This document shows positions 18,973-27,010 of a stretch of DNA of 64,000 nucleotides, one piece after another. The translations under genes and the position numbers were made by a program. Within the stretch, counting starts at the first letter, position 1. Every line of letters starts with the position of its first letter. The DNA is from Phapecoctavirus DIJ07P2, in the sequence record OZ035771.1. One strand, 5' to 3'. The notes beneath the pieces were generated by a model, which was not told the DNA's origin, made no database searches, and worked only from the letters and a program-made list of their open reading frames with translations.

Positions 18973-19239
18973 TTATTTTTTGTTTTCTTGCCAGGTTAGG
19001 ACACCTAGCCAAAAATGAATATCACCTTTTCCCCAATGTGGTATATTGCTTTCTTTCCCACCTTCACGCGCCCAGGTAAAACCGCCCGTGTAACTTTGTA
19101 ATTGATAACTATCCTCGACCTTATAATCTGATAGGTTGAGAACTGTTTCAACCTTTAAGCCCGTTGCGCTTGCTACCTGGTGCACCGTGCCGCCTTGCCA
19201 GCCCAATGAGTGCATAAGGTGTAATGTAGTATTTGTCAT
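18973..19239 (-). CDS. Hypothetical protein (88 aa) in GC-richer spacer
   Basis: Only leftward ORF in this region; weak RBS. Confidence 0.3.
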   Translation of the reverse strand: MTNTTLHLMHSLGWQGGTVHQVASATGLKVETVLNLSDYKVEDSYQLQSYTGGFTWAREGGKESNIPHWGKGDIHFWLGVLTWQENKK

Positions 19240-19348
19240 GGTGTCGCCCTTTCTTTGTTGTGCGCCCTGGTTGGCGCGGTAGAAAGATGATAGCCCTTTC
19301 CTTTATATATAGCAAGCAAAAAGAAAATAAAAAAGATTGAAAAAGTGA

Positions 19349-19407
19349 TTGACGTTCGCCAGGTGGCGGCATAATATTTACCACGTAGGGCGGCAATGGT
19401 GCCGCTC
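19349..19407 (+). promoter_or_regulatory. Promoter + 5' stem-loop cassette (-35 TTGACG, -10 TAATAT, hairpin GCGGC-AATGGT-GCCGC)
   Basis: 17-nt spacer; hairpin starts a few nt after predicted +1. Confidence 0.55.
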
Positions 19408-19426
19408 ATTATTTGGAATTAAGATC

Positions 19427-19624
19427 ATGGCAACATTGCACATTGTGGCGAAAGCTGGACAAATCAACGTAGTAGTAAACGGTTTTACTGAGTTCAGTCA
19501 TCCCCAGGATGATCATGAAACGGTTTTATCTTTCATTGATTCACTGTTAGAAATGGGAGTCATTACAGAAGACCAGCACGCTACAAAATGCAAACGCGTT
19601 AATCAGATTGCAGGAATAGAATAA
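19427..19624 (+). CDS. Small hypothetical protein (65 aa)
   Basis: First ATG downstream of cassette hairpin; track start at 19349 lies upstream of the promoter. Confidence 0.5.
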   Translation: MATLHIVAKAGQINVVVNGFTEFSHPQDDHETVLSFIDSLLEMGVITEDQHATKCKRVNQIAGIE

Positions 19625-19630
19625 AAAGTA

Positions 19631-19689
19631 TTGACAACAACCAACAACCTGATAAGATGTATCACATAAGGCGGGAAATGGTTTCCCGC
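19631..19689 (+). promoter_or_regulatory. Promoter + 5' stem-loop cassette (TTGACA, TGnTAAGAT, GCGGGAA..TTCCCGC)
   Basis: Extended -10; hairpin followed by ACAACAGAAGAGAG RBS region. Confidence 0.55.
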
Positions 19690-19713
19690 TCACAACAGAA
19701 GAGAGAAATCATC

Positions 19714-19986
19714 ATGGCATCATATAGCGCAACAATGATCGTAGCTGGTACCACTGGTAAACCTATGAGCGGTGGCGGATCTTTCGCTAATATTAATATT
19801 GATGGGCGTTTATCCCTGGACGCAGCGATCACCGTGGCGCGGGAAACATTTAAGAAAGAATGTGATTTCAACAAGCAAGATTATTTAGGTTTTGCTATTG
19901 AAAAAACGGCGCGTTTTGTTGATTATAAAAGTCCGAAAATGGTTGATACTACACTAAAAGCGCAAGATGTAGCCTTTTTGCTTTAA
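19714..19986 (+). CDS. Small hypothetical protein (90 aa)
   Basis: ATG (MASYSATMIV) after cassette and AGAGAG RBS. Confidence 0.5.
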   Translation: MASYSATMIVAGTTGKPMSGGGSFANINIDGRLSLDAAITVARETFKKECDFNKQDYLGFAIEKTARFVDYKSPKMVDTTLKAQDVAFLL

Positions 19987-19989
19987 GGC

Positions 19990-20045
19990 TTGACATTAAC
20001 GAATAATTTGTTAATATGTTACATAAAGCGGGAACTATTCCCGCT
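19990..20045 (+). promoter_or_regulatory. Promoter + 5' stem-loop cassette (TTGACA, TAATAT, AGCGGGAA..TTCCCGCT)
   Basis: Same architecture as other cassettes. Confidence 0.5.
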
Positions 20046-20062
20046 ATTTGTAAGGTGGTAGA

Positions 20063-20320
20063 ATGTTTTACATCAAATTAAAAGGTCACGTGATCGCGTT
20101 CAAGGATAACGCTTTTTACAGATTAGCAAAATATGCGTTAATACATCCCCATTATGTTTATATAAGGGGGCGTGATGAAATAAATATCTTTGATCAAACA
20201 ACATGCGAGAACATCGAGATCCGCAAGGTTGGCGTACGTGACTATCGTACATCTTTCTACCCTTGCAAGGATTCAGCAAGTCTTTTTAAAGTATGCCAAT
20301 TGTTGAAAAAAGGTGGTTAA
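20063..20320 (+). CDS. Small hypothetical protein (85 aa)
   Basis: AAGGTGG RBS. Confidence 0.5.
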   Translation: MFYIKLKGHVIAFKDNAFYRLAKYALIHPHYVYIRGRDEINIFDQTTCENIEIRKVGVRDYRTSFYPCKDSASLFKVCQLLKKGG

Positions 20321-20321
20321 T

Positions 20322-20879
20322 ATGGGCCGCGAATATGTGATCCAGTCTTGGGTAAAACATGAAGCAGATGATCCGCGCATCATTCCTGATTATCTTGTCG
20401 ATGAATCCACGGGCTATAGCGGGGAGCAAATAGGTAACAGATTAGCACGTAGTAACGGCAACGTAAAAGCGCGTTATGTGCGCCCTGGCTGGCTGGCAAA
20501 TGGTAACGCTGATTTATCCAGTGCGGAAGATGCGAGCGACGGCGCGAAAGATAATCCTTTGTACAAAGTTGATCCGGCTTTTCGTGTCCTGGATGAATAC
20601 CCCAGCAAGATAGCGGCGCTCGATCAGGCCCTGGAAAGTAAGCGCATCACCTGGACCGCTTACAACATGGCAAAAAACGTACTTGATGGTAAATTGATTC
20701 AAGCTGAAAGAAAATTAGCCAAAATTGCAGCCATAGCCCAGGAGGAAGACGAGGAGACAACGGAAGAGGAAGAGTACGAAGAGATCCCGCCGTTGTTGTG
20801 TGTTGATGCTTTTCCTGATTATCAGCCGACAGAGGAAGAAAAAAGGATCGCACTAGAAAACTTTGAAAATAGTCTTTGA
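20322..20879 (+). CDS. Hypothetical protein with acidic C-terminal tail (185 aa)
   Basis: ATG after AAAAGGTGG RBS; C-terminus EEDEETTEEEEYEE. Confidence 0.5.
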   Translation: MGREYVIQSWVKHEADDPRIIPDYLVDESTGYSGEQIGNRLARSNGNVKARYVRPGWLANGNADLSSAEDASDGAKDNPLYKVDPAFRVLDEYPSKIAALDQALESKRITWTAYNMAKNVLDGKLIQAERKLAKIAAIAQEEDEETTEEEEYEEIPPLLCVDAFPDYQPTEEEKRIALENFENSL

Positions 20880-20932
20880 CATATCGCCGCCACTGGCATA
20901 ATATTTACCACGTAGGGCGGCAATGGTGCCGC
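20876..20932 (+). promoter_or_regulatory. Promoter + 5' stem-loop cassette (TTGACA, TAATAT, GGCGGC-AATGGT-GCCGC)
   Basis: Near-identical to cassette at 19349. Confidence 0.55.
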
Positions 20933-20962
20933 TCATAGTGAAATTATGCAAGAGGCTTACAA

Positions 20963-21058
20963 TGATTAATAAAGGAAATAGCTTGACGGTTGGAACGATT
21001 AACGCTATCATTCTCGCCGTTCCATTTTGGGTTGTAGTAGCGGCTATTATTTTCTAAA
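20963..21058 (+). CDS. Micro-ORF, hydrophobic peptide (31 aa), self-derived
   Basis: AAGAGG RBS 6 nt before ATG; MINKGNSLTVGTINAIILAVPFWVVVAAIIF. Confidence 0.4.
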
Positions 21059-21066
21059 AAATATTC

Positions 21067-21127
21067 TTGACAACGTTTTTTAATCTGATAAGATGTATCA
21101 CATAGGGCGGCGGAATACTTCCCCGCC
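21067..21127 (+). promoter_or_regulatory. Promoter + 5' stem-loop cassette (TTGACA, TGATAAGAT, GGGCGGCGGAA..TTCCCCGCC)
   Basis: Conserved block TAAGATGTATCACATAGGGCGG. Confidence 0.55.
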
Positions 21128-21148
21128 AAAACAAAAAAGGGTAACACA

Positions 21149-21511
21149 ATGAGCAAGCAAATCAATACTATCATGTTTAATCTGGTATCTTTCCGCGATG
21201 ATATGAAAAATTTACCACGTGAAACGGTTGATATTCATGTTTCAGCTTATCGCGCCCTTATTGACATGTTACCGCTAAAACGTGATCAACATGCCGCTAA
21301 TATGATGCTTAATGCTATGCTTAAAAAGATGATTCAAACGGATCTCACCCTGGCATATGAGTATCAAGGGCGCTTATATGCAAATTACAACAGAGCGGTA
21401 CCTGGTCTGGGAAGTACTGAAGAGTTGCACGGCTTAAACCTGGATCAAAACACTTGGGATAGTATGCGCCGCGTTATGGTATGGGCCGAAAGCGGTAAAA
21501 TTTACGAATAA
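21149..21511 (+). CDS. Small hypothetical protein (120 aa)
   Basis: ORF after cassette. Confidence 0.5.
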   Translation: MSKQINTIMFNLVSFRDDMKNLPRETVDIHVSAYRALIDMLPLKRDQHAANMMLNAMLKKMIQTDLTLAYEYQGRLYANYNRAVPGLGSTEELHGLNLDQNTWDSMRRVMVWAESGKIYE

Positions 21512-21517
21512 AAACGG

Positions 21518-21575
21518 TTGACACTGTTTTTTATTCTGGTATAGTTTATCACGTAGGGCGGCAATGGTGCCGCCA
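21518..21575 (+). promoter_or_regulatory. Promoter + 5' stem-loop cassette (TTGACA, TATAGT, GGCGGC-AATGGT-GCCGCC)
   Basis: Same architecture. Confidence 0.5.
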
Positions 21576-21594
21576 ACAATAAAAGGTTAACATC

Positions 21595-21774
21595 ATGACC
21601 ATCATTGCAAAAACTGAGATTATAGGTTTAGATTCGATCCTCCTGGCTTATGAGGAAACTTTAAAAATGTATGTAGTGACCTATGGTGATTATGTGCGTG
21701 AATACGAATACATTGATCTTGCTTTCGAATGTTACATTCGCCAGGTCAATAAAGCCTATAACGATTATCGTTAA
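21595..21774 (+). CDS. Small hypothetical protein (59 aa), self-derived
   Basis: ATG after AAAAGG RBS; MTIIAKTEIIGLDSILLAYEETLKMYVVTYGDYVREYEYIDLAFECYIRQVNKAYNDYR. Confidence 0.45.
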   Translation: MTIIAKTEIIGLDSILLAYEETLKMYVVTYGDYVREYEYIDLAFECYIRQVNKAYNDYR

Positions 21775-21793
21775 AAGTTTTAGTCTTATACTA

Positions 21794-21846
21794 TTGACAA
21801 TGAGTGATAGTATAAGCATAATAACTTTTATCGGGAATACTTCCCA
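21794..21846 (+). promoter_or_regulatory. Promoter + imperfect 5' stem-loop cassette (TTGACA, CATAAT)
   Basis: Hairpin CGGGAA-TAC-TTCCC(A) degenerate. Confidence 0.45.
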
Positions 21847-21870
21847 CTAACCAAAAAAGAGAGTAATATC

Positions 21871-22236
21871 ATGGCTATTAATATCAATGTTTCCTCTTAT
21901 GCTACCCTGGCTGACACGGCTAAAATTGAATTATCCAGCATTGAGGCGGTGCATATTAGCGCCCGTCGTTGGTTTCAACAGTCCTACGGTAACACATATT
22001 TTTCTTTAATGGTTGACGTTGAGATCGGCGGTAAACTGATCGAGGTGGTTAACGTTCCGTTTCAATATGGTTATGGTGATCATTTTGATACCGTCGCCCT
22101 GGAAGAATTTAGCAAGGTTATTAATATGGAAGGTAAAGAGTTTTCACGCGGCGCGTATCTTTCCCGTTTTTGCCGTGATAATGGGATCACTGTATACAGT
22201 CATGCGAGCGATGTTAAACGTAAAAAAGATTTATAA
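21871..22236 (+). CDS. Small hypothetical protein (121 aa)
   Basis: ORF after cassette; N-terminus MAINI shared with 22744 ORF. Confidence 0.5.
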   Translation: MAININVSSYATLADTAKIELSSIEAVHISARRWFQQSYGNTYFSLMVDVEIGGKLIEVVNVPFQYGYGDHFDTVALEEFSKVINMEGKEFSRGAYLSRFCRDNGITVYSHASDVKRKKDL

Positions 22237-22243
22237 AAAGCAT

Positions 22244-22302
22244 TGACAGCACGAATAAAAAGAGTAAACTGTATTACATAGAGAGCGGGAACACTTCCCG
22301 CC
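22244..22302 (+). promoter_or_regulatory. Promoter + 5' stem-loop cassette (TTGACA, TAAACT, GCGGGAA..TTCCCGCC)
   Basis: Conserved block TAAACTGTATTACATAG. Confidence 0.5.
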
Positions 22303-22326
22303 TCACTGAAAAAAGAGATTAACATC

Positions 22327-22566
22327 ATGGCTAAATCAAAAATGTTCTTAGGTCACAAAAATAAAACTCATTGGAATGTAAGCCTTTGGATTAATAACGA
22401 TGAATCGTTATATCGGTTGGCGAAAGAATTTATCGCCGCTAATACTAATCGTAATGATGCTGCCCGTGATATGATGTTATTCCTGGAACAAACTGGACAA
22501 GATAAAACTCCAGACGGTTTCAAGTATAGCACTACAGCGATCCGCGCCGCGATGGTTGGAATGTAA
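22327..22566 (+). CDS. Small hypothetical protein (79 aa)
   Basis: ORF after cassette. Confidence 0.5.
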   Translation: MAKSKMFLGHKNKTHWNVSLWINNDESLYRLAKEFIAANTNRNDAARDMMLFLEQTGQDKTPDGFKYSTTAIRAAMVGM

Positions 22567-22661
22567 AGGAGATATAAAAATGAAACATCGTTCTACCTAT
22601 CTAACAAAACGTTTTAGCTTAGATCATAAATTGGGCTATTACGGAAGAAATAGAAAATAAT

Positions 22662-22721
22662 TTGACAACGTTTAAAATTAGTGTAAGATGTATCACATAG
22701 GGCGGGAAGTGGTTTCCCGCC
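22662..22721 (+). promoter_or_regulatory. Promoter + 5' stem-loop cassette (TTGACA, TAAGAT, GGGCGGGAA..TTCCCGCC)
   Basis: Same architecture. Confidence 0.55.
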
Positions 22722-22743
22722 AACAACAGAGAGATTAAAGATT

Positions 22744-22971
22744 ATGGCTATCAATATTGTTCGCGTATCCGGCACCGTTGGCACTTCCCAAGTTATTGCA
22801 GTTGTAACAAACAAAAAGATTAATGATGTATGTGAAAGCTTGAATAAGTGGGCTATTGTTAATTTTGGGGAATATGCAAGCGTCGAGTACATCGAATCCT
22901 ACCAGGTGCCAACCATCAGCCTAACCGATCTCAACGTTGATCGCTTGTTGTGCCTGGATGAATTAATCTGA
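22744..22971 (+). CDS. Small hypothetical protein (75 aa)
   Basis: ORF after cassette. Confidence 0.5.
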   Translation: MAINIVRVSGTVGTSQVIAVVTNKKINDVCESLNKWAIVNFGEYASVEYIESYQVPTISLTDLNVDRLLCLDELI

Positions 22972-22982
22972 AAAAAGATTGT

Positions 22983-23037
22983 TGACACCGGAAAGAAAAA
23001 GAGTAGAATATATTACATAGGGCGGCAATGGTGCCGC
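22983..23037 (+). promoter_or_regulatory. Promoter + 5' stem-loop cassette (TTGACA, TAGAAT, GGCGGC-AATGGT-GCCGC)
   Basis: Same architecture. Confidence 0.55.
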
Positions 23038-23062
23038 TCACAACAGAAGAGAGATTATCACG

Positions 23063-23278
23063 ATGGCTAATATCCGCACTTTACTGAAAAATGCAAGTCA
23101 AGTTTTATTTTCAGATGATGAGTATTTCAATAAAGACATTACAGGCGTGAAAAATTTAAAAGACGTGAAGGATGTTATCGGTATTCGTGGATCTTTACGT
23201 AAAGGTGACTACTATGGTAACAAGGTGCAATATAAACTGTCAAAGGATTACAATTTTACTTTGACAATTATTTCATAA
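23063..23278 (+). CDS. Small hypothetical protein (71 aa)
   Basis: ORF after cassette. Confidence 0.5.
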   Translation: MANIRTLLKNASQVLFSDDEYFNKDITGVKNLKDVKDVIGIRGSLRKGDYYGNKVQYKLSKDYNFTLTIIS

Positions 23279-23283
23279 AACCG

Positions 23284-23345
23284 CTTGCAATACTGCAAAA
23301 ATAAAGTAAACTGTATTCATCAAGGCGGTGGAATAGCCAACCGCC
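23284..23345 (+). promoter_or_regulatory. Promoter + 5' stem-loop cassette (CTTGCA, TAAACT, GGCGG..CCGCC)
   Basis: Weaker -35; hairpin retained. Confidence 0.45.
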
Positions 23346-23369
23346 TAACAAAGAGAAGAGGAAAACATC

Positions 23370-23537
23370 ATGATCACTTTCGCTACCCGTGAAGCCGCTC
23401 GCAACGTTGCACGTAAAGTTAACGCCGCCAACCTGGGCGCTACGCTTAAAGCTCCGGTAAAAGATGAATCAGGCAAATGGATCTTCCCTGGTCTGCGTCA
23501 TGCTGACAAGTTAGGTACTTTAAGCCTTAAAAAATAA
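23370..23537 (+). CDS. Small basic protein (55 aa), self-derived
   Basis: GAGAAGAGG RBS; MITFATREAARNVARKVNAANLGATLKAPVKDESGKWIFPGLRHADKLGTLSLKK. Confidence 0.45.
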   Translation: MITFATREAARNVARKVNAANLGATLKAPVKDESGKWIFPGLRHADKLGTLSLKK

Positions 23538-23540
23538 TCG

Positions 23541-23580
23541 TTGACTTTTCGTTATAGCGCCTTACAATGGGCGCTATAGA
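23541..23580 (+). promoter_or_regulatory. Promoter variant (TTGACT, TTACAAT) with hairpin AGCGCC..GGCGCT overlapping the -10
   Basis: Differs from canonical cassette in that the stem-loop spans the -10 element. Confidence 0.4.
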
Positions 23581-23612
23581 GAAGAGAAACCACTACTAAC
23601 AAGGAAACCATT

Positions 23613-23834
23613 ATGATCACTTTCGCTATTGTCGCCGTTGTTGCTGGTCAAGTTTACGTAAATGAGACATTTACTACAGAAGACAAGGCAGCAGGAGATA
23701 TAACCGCCGTTTACAATGAGTGCAAGGCAGTAGAAAGGATGTTAGCGCCTTGTATGCTAATGAGTGAACGCCAGGACGGAATAACAGTATTTACTAACAT
23801 TGGAACAGGGTACCAAATGGTAGTAACAAAATAA
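23613..23834 (+). CDS. Small membrane-anchored protein (73 aa)
   Basis: N-terminal hydrophobic MITFAIVAVVAGQVYV. Confidence 0.5.
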   Translation: MITFAIVAVVAGQVYVNETFTTEDKAAGDITAVYNECKAVERMLAPCMLMSERQDGITVFTNIGTGYQMVVTK

Positions 23835-23837
23835 AGC

Positions 23838-23895
23838 TTGACACCGATTTAATTTTTAGTAAACTGTTACACGTAGGGCGGGAATAGTTCCCGCT
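23838..23895 (+). promoter_or_regulatory. Promoter + 5' stem-loop cassette (TTGACA, TAAACT, GGGCGGGAA..TTCCCGC)
   Basis: Same architecture. Confidence 0.55.
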
Positions 23896-23913
23896 CAAAA
23901 AGAGAGAAAGATC

Positions 23914-24267
23914 ATGAAAGCACAAAATGCAATTAAAGAGTACATCCTTGCCGCTATCGGTTTTAATGATTACGGTATTACAACAGAAAAAGAGAAGATC
24001 GCGGAATTGATGCGCCGTTTTAATTCCGAGTACTGGTACCCTGATAACCAATCACGTTTTAATTATAGTATTGTTAAAGCACTTGCATCATGGTTACAAG
24101 GTTTGCCATCAGATATTAATATCGCTTTCGAATATTGGGAAGTGGATCGCTTGTTAACATCCTGGGGATACATTAAAGAGAATAGCAGCGATGATAAAAT
24201 CCAACGAGAAAGGGAAAATTATTGGCTTTATATTGCAGGCGTGATCCTTGCTTGCTCTTATGAATGA
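23914..24267 (+). CDS. Small hypothetical protein (117 aa)
   Basis: ORF after cassette. Confidence 0.5.
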   Translation: MKAQNAIKEYILAAIGFNDYGITTEKEKIAELMRRFNSEYWYPDNQSRFNYSIVKALASWLQGLPSDINIAFEYWEVDRLLTSWGYIKENSSDDKIQRERENYWLYIAGVILACSYE

Positions 24268-24273
24268 TAAACC

Positions 24274-24328
24274 TTGACAATTTTACAAAACAGTTTAAAT
24301 TAACAATATAGCGGCAATGGTGCCGCTC
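24274..24328 (+). promoter_or_regulatory. Promoter + 5' stem-loop cassette (TTGACA, hairpin AGCGGC-AATGGT-GCCGCT)
   Basis: -10 less clear (TTTAAAT/TAACAAT). Confidence 0.45.
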
Positions 24329-24346
24329 ATATAAAGAGGAAACAAA

Positions 24347-24493
24347 ATGAATACATCTAATCGCGCAGAAAAAATTCAATCTTCCAAGATCCGCAAGGCC
24401 TGGAACGAGGAAGTGATCCGCAAAGGCGACAAGCGTAATAAAACAAAGCGCGGGAAGAGTGACAAATATAATTGGATGGATTTAGAGGATTAA
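24347..24493 (+). CDS. Small basic protein (48 aa), self-derived
   Basis: AAAGAGG RBS; MNTSNRAEKIQSSKIRKAWNEEVIRKGDKRNKTKRGKSDKYNWMDLED. Confidence 0.45.
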   Translation: MNTSNRAEKIQSSKIRKAWNEEVIRKGDKRNKTKRGKSDKYNWMDLED

Positions 24494-24500
24494 CATAACA

Positions 24501-24527
24501 AGGGCGCACCAAGCGCCCTTTCTTTTT
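24501..24527 (+). terminator. Intrinsic terminator (AGGGCGC-ACCAA-GCGCCCT + TTTCTTTTT)
   Basis: GC stem followed by T-tract directly after stop at 24493. Confidence 0.65.
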
Positions 24528-24548
24528 ATATGCAGAGGATAAACAAAG

Positions 24549-24734
24549 ATGACTTTAAACGAGCTTAAAACAGCCTACAACGCAACATTAAAAATAGCCG
24601 TGCGTTACCGTGATGCGTATGGTTTTATCGCGCAGGGCGTGATCCTGGGCTTTTCTGACGATGGTTTGATCTATGTTGATGCACATCACAACAAGGTTAA
24701 ACCTGAAAACGTCATTAATATAAAATATCTTTAA
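24549..24734 (+). CDS. Small hypothetical protein (61 aa)
   Basis: ORF after terminator, no cassette upstream. Confidence 0.4.
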   Translation: MTLNELKTAYNATLKIAVRYRDAYGFIAQGVILGFSDDGLIYVDAHHNKVKPENVINIKYL

Positions 24735-24740
24735 AAATGG

Positions 24741-24800
24741 TTGACACCATAACCGGACCTGTTAAACTGTATTACATCAGGCGGGGAATAGTTCCCCACC
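24741..24800 (+). promoter_or_regulatory. Promoter + 5' stem-loop cassette (TTGACA, TAAACT, GCGGGGAA..TTCCCCAC)
   Basis: Same architecture. Confidence 0.55.
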
Positions 24801-24819
24801 ATACAAAAAGGTAAATATT

Positions 24820-25026
24820 ATGATCACCGCAAAACAAGAAAAAATCATTATCGACGTTGCAGCCGTTGCCGCTATCGCTATTATTGGATCTTATTATGAT
24901 ACCCGTTTCCCGTCGGCTATGCATGAGGTCGCCGCCGTTGCATCAGTTGGCGTACTGTTTTACGTTGGTAAACGCTATTTATCACCAATGATTAACAAGC
25001 TGACACCGTGGAAAAATAAAGGTTGA
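24820..25026 (+). CDS. Small membrane protein (68 aa)
   Basis: Hydrophobic IIIDVAAVAAIAIIGSYY and VAAVASVGVLFYVG segments. Confidence 0.5.
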   Translation: MITAKQEKIIIDVAAVAAIAIIGSYYDTRFPSAMHEVAAVASVGVLFYVGKRYLSPMINKLTPWKNKG

Positions 25027-25078
25027 TCCTGTTTTACATTATGTTATAGTTATCGTGTAGGGCGGCAATGGTGCCGCG
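25023..25078 (+). promoter_or_regulatory. Promoter + 5' stem-loop cassette (TTGATC, TATAGT, GGCGGC-AATGGT-GCCGC)
   Basis: Same architecture; track ORF start at 25068 falls inside the hairpin. Confidence 0.5.
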
Positions 25079-25097
25079 CCCCTTTGAGGATGCAATC

Positions 25098-25382
25098 ATG
25101 AGTAAAGCTAACACCGTGCTAATGTTTTCCCTGATTAATGATCTCGCTTACTTGTCCAACATGACGCAGGAGGGTAACACATTAACGGCAACATTCACCA
25201 ATAAGCTTGACCGAGTGATCATCGTCTCACTGAAAACAGTTAGTAAAGGCTTTTACTTGTTAGCTTATCATTGTATCACTGATACCGATGAGACAAGCCA
25301 GGACTATAGCGCCCCTTTCCCTGAATCAATGGCACGGGAGATCATCGCCGCCGTTGTAAATGATGGTTTGTTTACTGCATAA
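25098..25382 (+). CDS. Small hypothetical protein (94 aa)
   Basis: Start moved to ATG (MSKANTVL) downstream of hairpin. Confidence 0.5.
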   Translation: MSKANTVLMFSLINDLAYLSNMTQEGNTLTATFTNKLDRVIIVSLKTVSKGFYLLAYHCITDTDETSQDYSAPFPESMAREIIAAVVNDGLFTA

Positions 25383-25400
25383 AATAATTTAGAAAAAGGC

Positions 25401-25460
25401 TTGCAATCATTTTGAGATAGTGTATATTTAATTCATAGGGCGGCGGGAATAGTTCCCAAA
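25401..25460 (+). promoter_or_regulatory. Promoter + imperfect 5' stem-loop cassette (TTGCAA, TATATT)
   Basis: Hairpin GGGCGGCGGGAATAGTTCCC degenerate. Confidence 0.4.
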
Positions 25461-25480
25461 GCAAACGAGAGGATTACACG

Positions 25481-25600
25481 ATGAGCAAGTACACAGTAGA
25501 ATACACGGTAGAGAATCCGGCAGTATCCGAAGGTAAAAAGATGACATTTACCATCAGTATAATCGCTTTCGTTGTCACTATCTTATCAATCATCTTATAA
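25481..25600 (+). CDS. Micro-ORF, single-pass membrane peptide (39 aa), self-derived
   Basis: GAGAGG RBS; MSKYTVEYTVENPAVSEGKKMTFTISIIAFVVTILSIIL. Confidence 0.4.
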   Translation: MSKYTVEYTVENPAVSEGKKMTFTISIIAFVVTILSIIL

Positions 25601-25610
25601 GGTGCACACC

Positions 25611-25772
25611 ATGAAAACAACAGATATTATCAAAGAGATCGCCCTTGCCGCTGGCGTTGAGATCGAGGAAGTGATCGCGCTCAATCTTACAGAAAACGAT
25701 CTGCGCAACTATGAAGCGGAAAGCGTGAAAGCAAGTGGCGCGGTCCTGGCATATAATCCGGCTAACAAATAG
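25611..25772 (+). CDS. Small hypothetical protein (53 aa)
   Basis: ATG (MKTTDIIKEI) after AAGGTG RBS. Confidence 0.45.
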   Translation: MKTTDIIKEIALAAGVEIEEVIALNLTENDLRNYEAESVKASGAVLAYNPANK

Positions 25773-25773
25773 T

Positions 25774-25830
25774 TTGACAAGCTGAATCAACCTGATAAGA
25801 TGTATCACATAGGGGCGACAAGCGCCCCGC
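25774..25830 (+). promoter_or_regulatory. Promoter + 5' stem-loop cassette (TTGACA, TGATAAGAT, GGGGCG-ACAA-GCGCCCC)
   Basis: Same architecture with different hairpin sequence. Confidence 0.55.
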
Positions 25831-25849
25831 CTAACAGAGAGATAGAATC

Positions 25850-26128
25850 ATGACCATCGCCAAATTATCCGCCGAAGAAATCGAACAAGTGCTAACTACT
25901 AACCTGGAACAATGGAAACGTGAGGCAGATATACAATCAGCACAATGGCTTAACGAGAAGTTAACACCGGATGATCTGAGTAAGATTATAGATCCTCAAT
26001 TCTACGAAGATATTCACGACACCGTTTTAAGCGTCGAGGATGTACTTGATAAGCATTATATTGCTACTGATTTGCAGGTTTACGGGCGTAAAAACTTTAT
26101 TACTATTCACGACATTTACAATAACTAA
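25850..26128 (+). CDS. Small hypothetical protein (92 aa)
   Basis: ORF after cassette. Confidence 0.5.
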   Translation: MTIAKLSAEEIEQVLTTNLEQWKREADIQSAQWLNEKLTPDDLSKIIDPQFYEDIHDTVLSVEDVLDKHYIATDLQVYGRKNFITIHDIYNN

Positions 26129-26136
26129 GGGATAAC

Positions 26137-26265
26137 ATGAATCCGAAAGATATGCAAGCATGGAAAGGGTACGACGATCTAAGCGCCTTGCGCAATAAGT
26201 CAAGCCGTAACCTTAGACGGTTAGAAGCAAAGAAAAAGAAAAAACAGTTTGACAAGTCCGCTTAA
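26137..26265 (+). CDS. Small basic protein (42 aa), self-derived
   Basis: MNPKDMQAWKGYDDLSALRNKSSRNLRRLEAKKKKKQFDKSA; 3' end overlaps next cassette -35. Confidence 0.35.
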   Translation: MNPKDMQAWKGYDDLSALRNKSSRNLRRLEAKKKKKQFDKSA

Positions 26266-26306
26266 TCTGGTAAAGTGTATCTCGTAGGGCGGCAATGATG
26301 CCGCTC
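26249..26306 (+). promoter_or_regulatory. Promoter + 5' stem-loop cassette (TTGACA, TAAAGT, GGCGGC-AATGAT-GCCGC)
   Basis: Same architecture. Confidence 0.55.
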
Positions 26307-26325
26307 ACAAGAAGAGAGAAAAATC

Positions 26326-26610
26326 ATGAAGATCACAAAAAGCCTAACTAATTATGCAGCACGTCGCGGATTATGCTTAACCGTTGAAAACTCAGGGAAA
26401 GAAGACTTTTTGTGTTTTTGGGAGCTTGAAAATGATTGCGAGTGGATGTTTTCTTATTCTATCTGCGAAGATCAAAACGGTTGTTTGTTAACCTGGCGCG
26501 GTAATATCTATTTACCGGAAGAAATTAAAGAAGAGTTACCAGGTACGATCATGACAGAGAGACAGCTTAAGGAAGTGATCAATTTTGTAGGGCAAAACAT
26601 TAAAAAATAA
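26326..26610 (+). CDS. Small hypothetical protein (94 aa)
   Basis: ORF after cassette. Confidence 0.5.
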   Translation: MKITKSLTNYAARRGLCLTVENSGKEDFLCFWELENDCEWMFSYSICEDQNGCLLTWRGNIYLPEEIKEELPGTIMTERQLKEVINFVGQNIKK

Positions 26611-26611
26611 T

Positions 26612-26674
26612 TTGACAGCACGCAAACAACGTAGTAAAGTTTACCACATAGGGCGGCGGAATGGTCCACCGCTC
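26612..26674 (+). promoter_or_regulatory. Promoter + 5' stem-loop cassette (TTGACA, TAAAGT, GGGCGGCGGAATGGTCCACCGCTC)
   Basis: Same architecture. Confidence 0.5.
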
Positions 26675-26695
26675 ACAACAGAAGAGAAACAAATC

Positions 26696-26866
26696 ATGAT
26701 CCCGACTATGTTTTATGTATCGCGCAAAGGTCACAATATTTTTTGGTCTGAAGATTTAAATGAAGCCATGACGTTTGCCCGTGATCGTGTTGCTATCGGT
26801 GGCGTTAACATCACCGTAACCGATGAAAATGGCATTGAATACTATAACGGCGACGATGAAGAGTAA
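26696..26866 (+). CDS. Small hypothetical protein (56 aa)
   Basis: Start moved to ATG (MIPTMFYVS) downstream of hairpin. Confidence 0.45.
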   Translation: MIPTMFYVSRKGHNIFWSEDLNEAMTFARDRVAIGGVNITVTDENGIEYYNGDDEE

Positions 26867-26931
26867 TTAATAAGGCGGGGAATACTTCCCGCCACGCAGT
26901 GAATTTTCCGTTTGGGAAGTAAAAAATAAAT

Positions 26932-26993
26932 CTTGACGATAATTTGTTATCTGATAGAATGTATTTCGTAGGGCGGGGCAATAAGGCAAGCCC
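26932..26993 (+). promoter_or_regulatory. Promoter + 5' stem-loop cassette (TTGACG, TAGAAT, GGGC..GCCC)
   Basis: Same architecture; a second hairpin (GCGGGGAATACTTCCCGCC) sits just upstream at 26875-26895. Confidence 0.5.
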
Positions 26994-27010
26994 ACAAAGA
27001 GGAAAATAAA

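Noticed and set aside
19349-19426. Upstream extensions of track ORFs at 19349, 19657 and 25068
   Set aside because: These starts lie upstream of or inside the promoter and hairpin cassettes; the first ATG after the hairpin and RBS was used instead.
18168-19426. tRNA genes in the long non-coding regions (also 27940-29500 and 35960-36316)
   Set aside because: No T-arm GGTTCGAATCC-like motif or cloverleaf-compatible segments were seen by eye; a tRNAscan run would be needed to be sure.
20944-21174. Track ORF of 76 aa on minus strand inside the rightward array
   Set aside because: Antisense to the array, no promoter or RBS; a plus-strand micro-ORF (20963-21058) with an RBS fits the local organisation better.
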